From positions 1-56,727 of the forward strand of contig JBHLKK010000004.1 in assembly GCA_048886745.1 (NCBI GenBank): a DNA stretch of 56,727 nt, given 5' to 3'. The notes beneath the pieces were generated by a model. That model had not been told where the DNA came from, searched no databases, and saw only the letters and a list, made by a program, of their open reading frames with translations. Shown in pieces: positions 54,962 to 56,727 of the stretch. The translations under genes were made by a program, and so were the position numbers. How positions within the stretch are numbered: position 1 is the first letter of the stretch; every line of letters starts with the position of its first letter. This DNA is from Candidatus Hodarchaeota archaeon. GTDB taxonomy: Archaea; Asgardarchaeota; Odinarchaeia; Odinarchaeales; JBHLKK01.

Positions 54962-56727
54962 TTACACTTCTTGGCTGATCAATAACCTAGTCTTCATTAG
55001 GGCAGCTATGGATTGACCAAAGGAAATGCCTCCGTCACCCGGGGGAATAGCACCATGAACCACAAACTCTAATCCACTCTTCTCAACATATTCTTTGATT
55101 CTACGAGTAATATAATCATTGAATGCAACACCGCCCGAAAATCCAATGAAATTTGCGCCAAGCCTTGCCGCCTCTAAAACAGCTAGCTCTGCTAGGCTTC
55201 TGGCAAGATAAGATTGGGCAGAAAAGGCCAGATCCCCTTTTGAATGATTTCCTCTATGTTCAAAAACCTCTCTGACGATTCTTGTTGTACCTATAATATT
55301 ACCGCGAATTTGTGGAGCTAGATTAAGAACATCTTTACCTTCGATCGCTGTGCTTTCAAGTTTCATCGCTGGCTCCCCTTCATAGGTGCGTTTGCGGCAA
55401 ATATCCAGAATCGCCGAGATTGTATCTAAAATTCTGCCGCAGCTAGTTGTATTTATGAATCGGCCGGATTTAAGTTGCTTCAAAACAATGTTAACCTCAG
55501 TCTCACCGTAGGGAAAGAATTTGGCCTTATCCAAAAGCCATTCTTCTACATCTGCTTCCCCAAGTAGTATCCCCGCAGCCATTCTGAGAGGATTCTTTGT
55601 GGCTAAATCCCCACCTACCATCGGCTGCTCCTCCAAATGTCCCAACCTTTGTATATCATTCCCACCGTAAATCACCTCTCCGCCCCAAGCATTCCCATCC
55701 AAGCCTAGCCCAAACCCATCACATACTATGCAAACTATCTCGTTGATATTATGCTCGCTCATAAGGGCGGCTACATGCGCATAATGATGCTGAATAGGGT
55801 AGATCTCGCAATTATACTCCTTGGCAAATCTGTGTGCATATCTAGTTGTATTGAATCCGGGATGAAGATCACAAGCAACCATATCAACATTGATTCTCGT
55901 TAGGTTCAACATGTGATTAATGGTATCCTCAAAAAACCTAAATGTTCTCAGATTTTCTGTCTCGCCTATATACTGGGAGAGAAAAGCTTTATCATTGGAG
56001 AGCAAACAAAACACAACGTTCTCCTCTGCACCTACACCCAAAACAGAGAGATCTGTCTTTTGCTCCAGATAAATCGGTTCAGGTACATATCCTCTGGACC
56101 GACGAATTAACGTACTCTTTCCATCGACAAATCTAGCCACTGAATCATCGCAGCGTTGAGCTATCTCCCTGTCGTGGAACAAAAAGAAGTCAACAATTGA
56201 TCCAAGCCTTTCAAGCGCTTCTCCGTTTCTCGCTACAATGGGCTCATCTGAAGGGTTTGCACTTGTCATTAGAAATGCTGGCTCTTTGACCTCGTCAAAC
56301 AGCATGGCGTGAAGCCCTGTGTAGGGAAGCATGACACCGACTGTATGTAACCCAGGCGATATTAACTCAGAAAGGTAGTAATTTTCACTTTTCCTCAGCA
56401 GTATGATTGGCCTGATGTGAGAGGTTAGTAGTGCCTCTTCGGCAGGACTAATGTTCACGAAGGATTTTATTATATCGACAGAAGGGGACATTATTGCGAA
56501 CGGTTTGTATGGACGATTCTTTATTCTCCTCAACCGAATAATTGGTCTTGACTGAGTTGTCGCAGTCGCTATATGGAAACCTCCGTTTCCTTTGATTGCT
56601 AAAATATGCCCCTCTACCAGGAGCTTTCCAGCTTCCCGAATTGAATCCCTGACATCTATTGGTTCCCCGTCCTTCCCCGTTAAAAACGCTTTGGGGCCGC
56701 ATTTTAGACAAGCTGCGGTTTGAGCAT
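54962..56727 (-). CDS. hypF: [NiFe]-hydrogenase maturation carbamoyltransferase HypF (5' end beyond the window)
   Basis: The frame is open to the window end (HAQTAACLKCGP...AIKGNGGFH). Also RPYKPFAIM, VGVMLPYT, MTSAN, RRSRGYVP, DLHP, QHHYAH, DGFG, TTSCGRILD, PPGDGGISFGQ. Confidence 0.96.
   Translation of the reverse strand, partial: AQTAACLKCGPKAFLTGKDGEPIDVRDSIREAGKLLVEGHILAIKGNGGFHIATATTQSRPIIRLRRIKNRPYKPFAIMSPSVDIIKSFVNISPAEEALLTSHIRPIILLRKSENYYLSELISPGLHTVGVMLPYTGLHAMLFDEVKEPAFLMTSANPSDEPIVARNGEALERLGSIVDFFLFHDREIAQRCDDSVARFVDGKSTLIRRSRGYVPEPIYLEQKTDLSVLGVGAEENVVFCLLSNDKAFLSQYIGETENLRTFRFFEDTINHMLNLTRINVDMVACDLHPGFNTTRYAHRFAKEYNCEIYPIQHHYAHVAALMSEHNINEIVCIVCDGFGLGLDGNAWGGEVIYGGNDIQRLGHLEEQPMVGGDLATKNPLRMAAGILLGEADVEEWLLDKAKFFPYGETEVNIVLKQLKSGRFINTTSCGRILDTISAILDICRKRTYEGEPAMKLESTAIEGKDVLNLAPQIRGNIIGTTRIVREVFEHRGNHSKGDLAFSAQSYLARSLAELAVLEAARLGANFIGFSGGVAFNDYITRRIKEYVEKSGLEFVVHGAIPPGDGGISFGQSIAALMKTRLLISQEV

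Noticed and set aside
626-56711. The many short (60-155 aa) antisense or nested ORFs in the six-frame track (e.g. 1198-1434, 8557-8847, 20477-20878, 34639-34941, 41207-41671, 53779-54150)
   Set aside because: They overlap well-supported genes on the opposite strand or in another frame and show no recognisable motifs, so they are treated as shadow ORFs.
1-56727. CRISPR arrays, tRNA/rRNA genes, transposases or integrases
   Set aside because: No regularly spaced repeats, cloverleaf/rRNA signatures or transposase/integrase motifs were seen by eye. A tRNAscan/Infernal run would be needed to exclude small RNAs.

Overview
Archaeal genomic window, most likely Asgard. The inference rests on a two-domain gelsolin, a eukaryote-like DPAGT1/Alg7, EMC6-, Sfm1- and NEMF-family genes and an Rpc34/TFE-beta-type Cys domain; Bathyarchaeia cannot be excluded without a phylogeny. 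The left ~31.7 kb is an AT-rich, actively decaying surface-glycosylation island. It contains a PAPS-synthesis operon (RHH regulator, sat, AlkP-superfamily enzyme, cysC), a nonulosonic (sialic-like) acid pathway with a candidate sialyltransferase-like GT-B and a flippase, several GTs, methyltransferases and epimerases, a Gfo/Idh/MocA-DUF362 pair, a large GT-C-like membrane protein and two chimeric pseudogene scars. Near its right edge lies the most unusual gene: a 1010-aa protein with N-terminal membrane helices, two classical (Cdc48/p97-type) AAA modules and a Lon S16 protease domain with a conserved Ser and a candidate dyad Lys. The right ~25 kb is mostly core archaeal genes (ribK, ribL, fwdDBAC, MEMO1, KaiC-like ATPase, prepilin peptidase, Rqc2, CBS pair, pyrC, trm1, rlmE, partial hypF). 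No rRNA, tRNA, CRISPR array or transposase was recognised. All family calls are from motif recognition by eye, with no database search.
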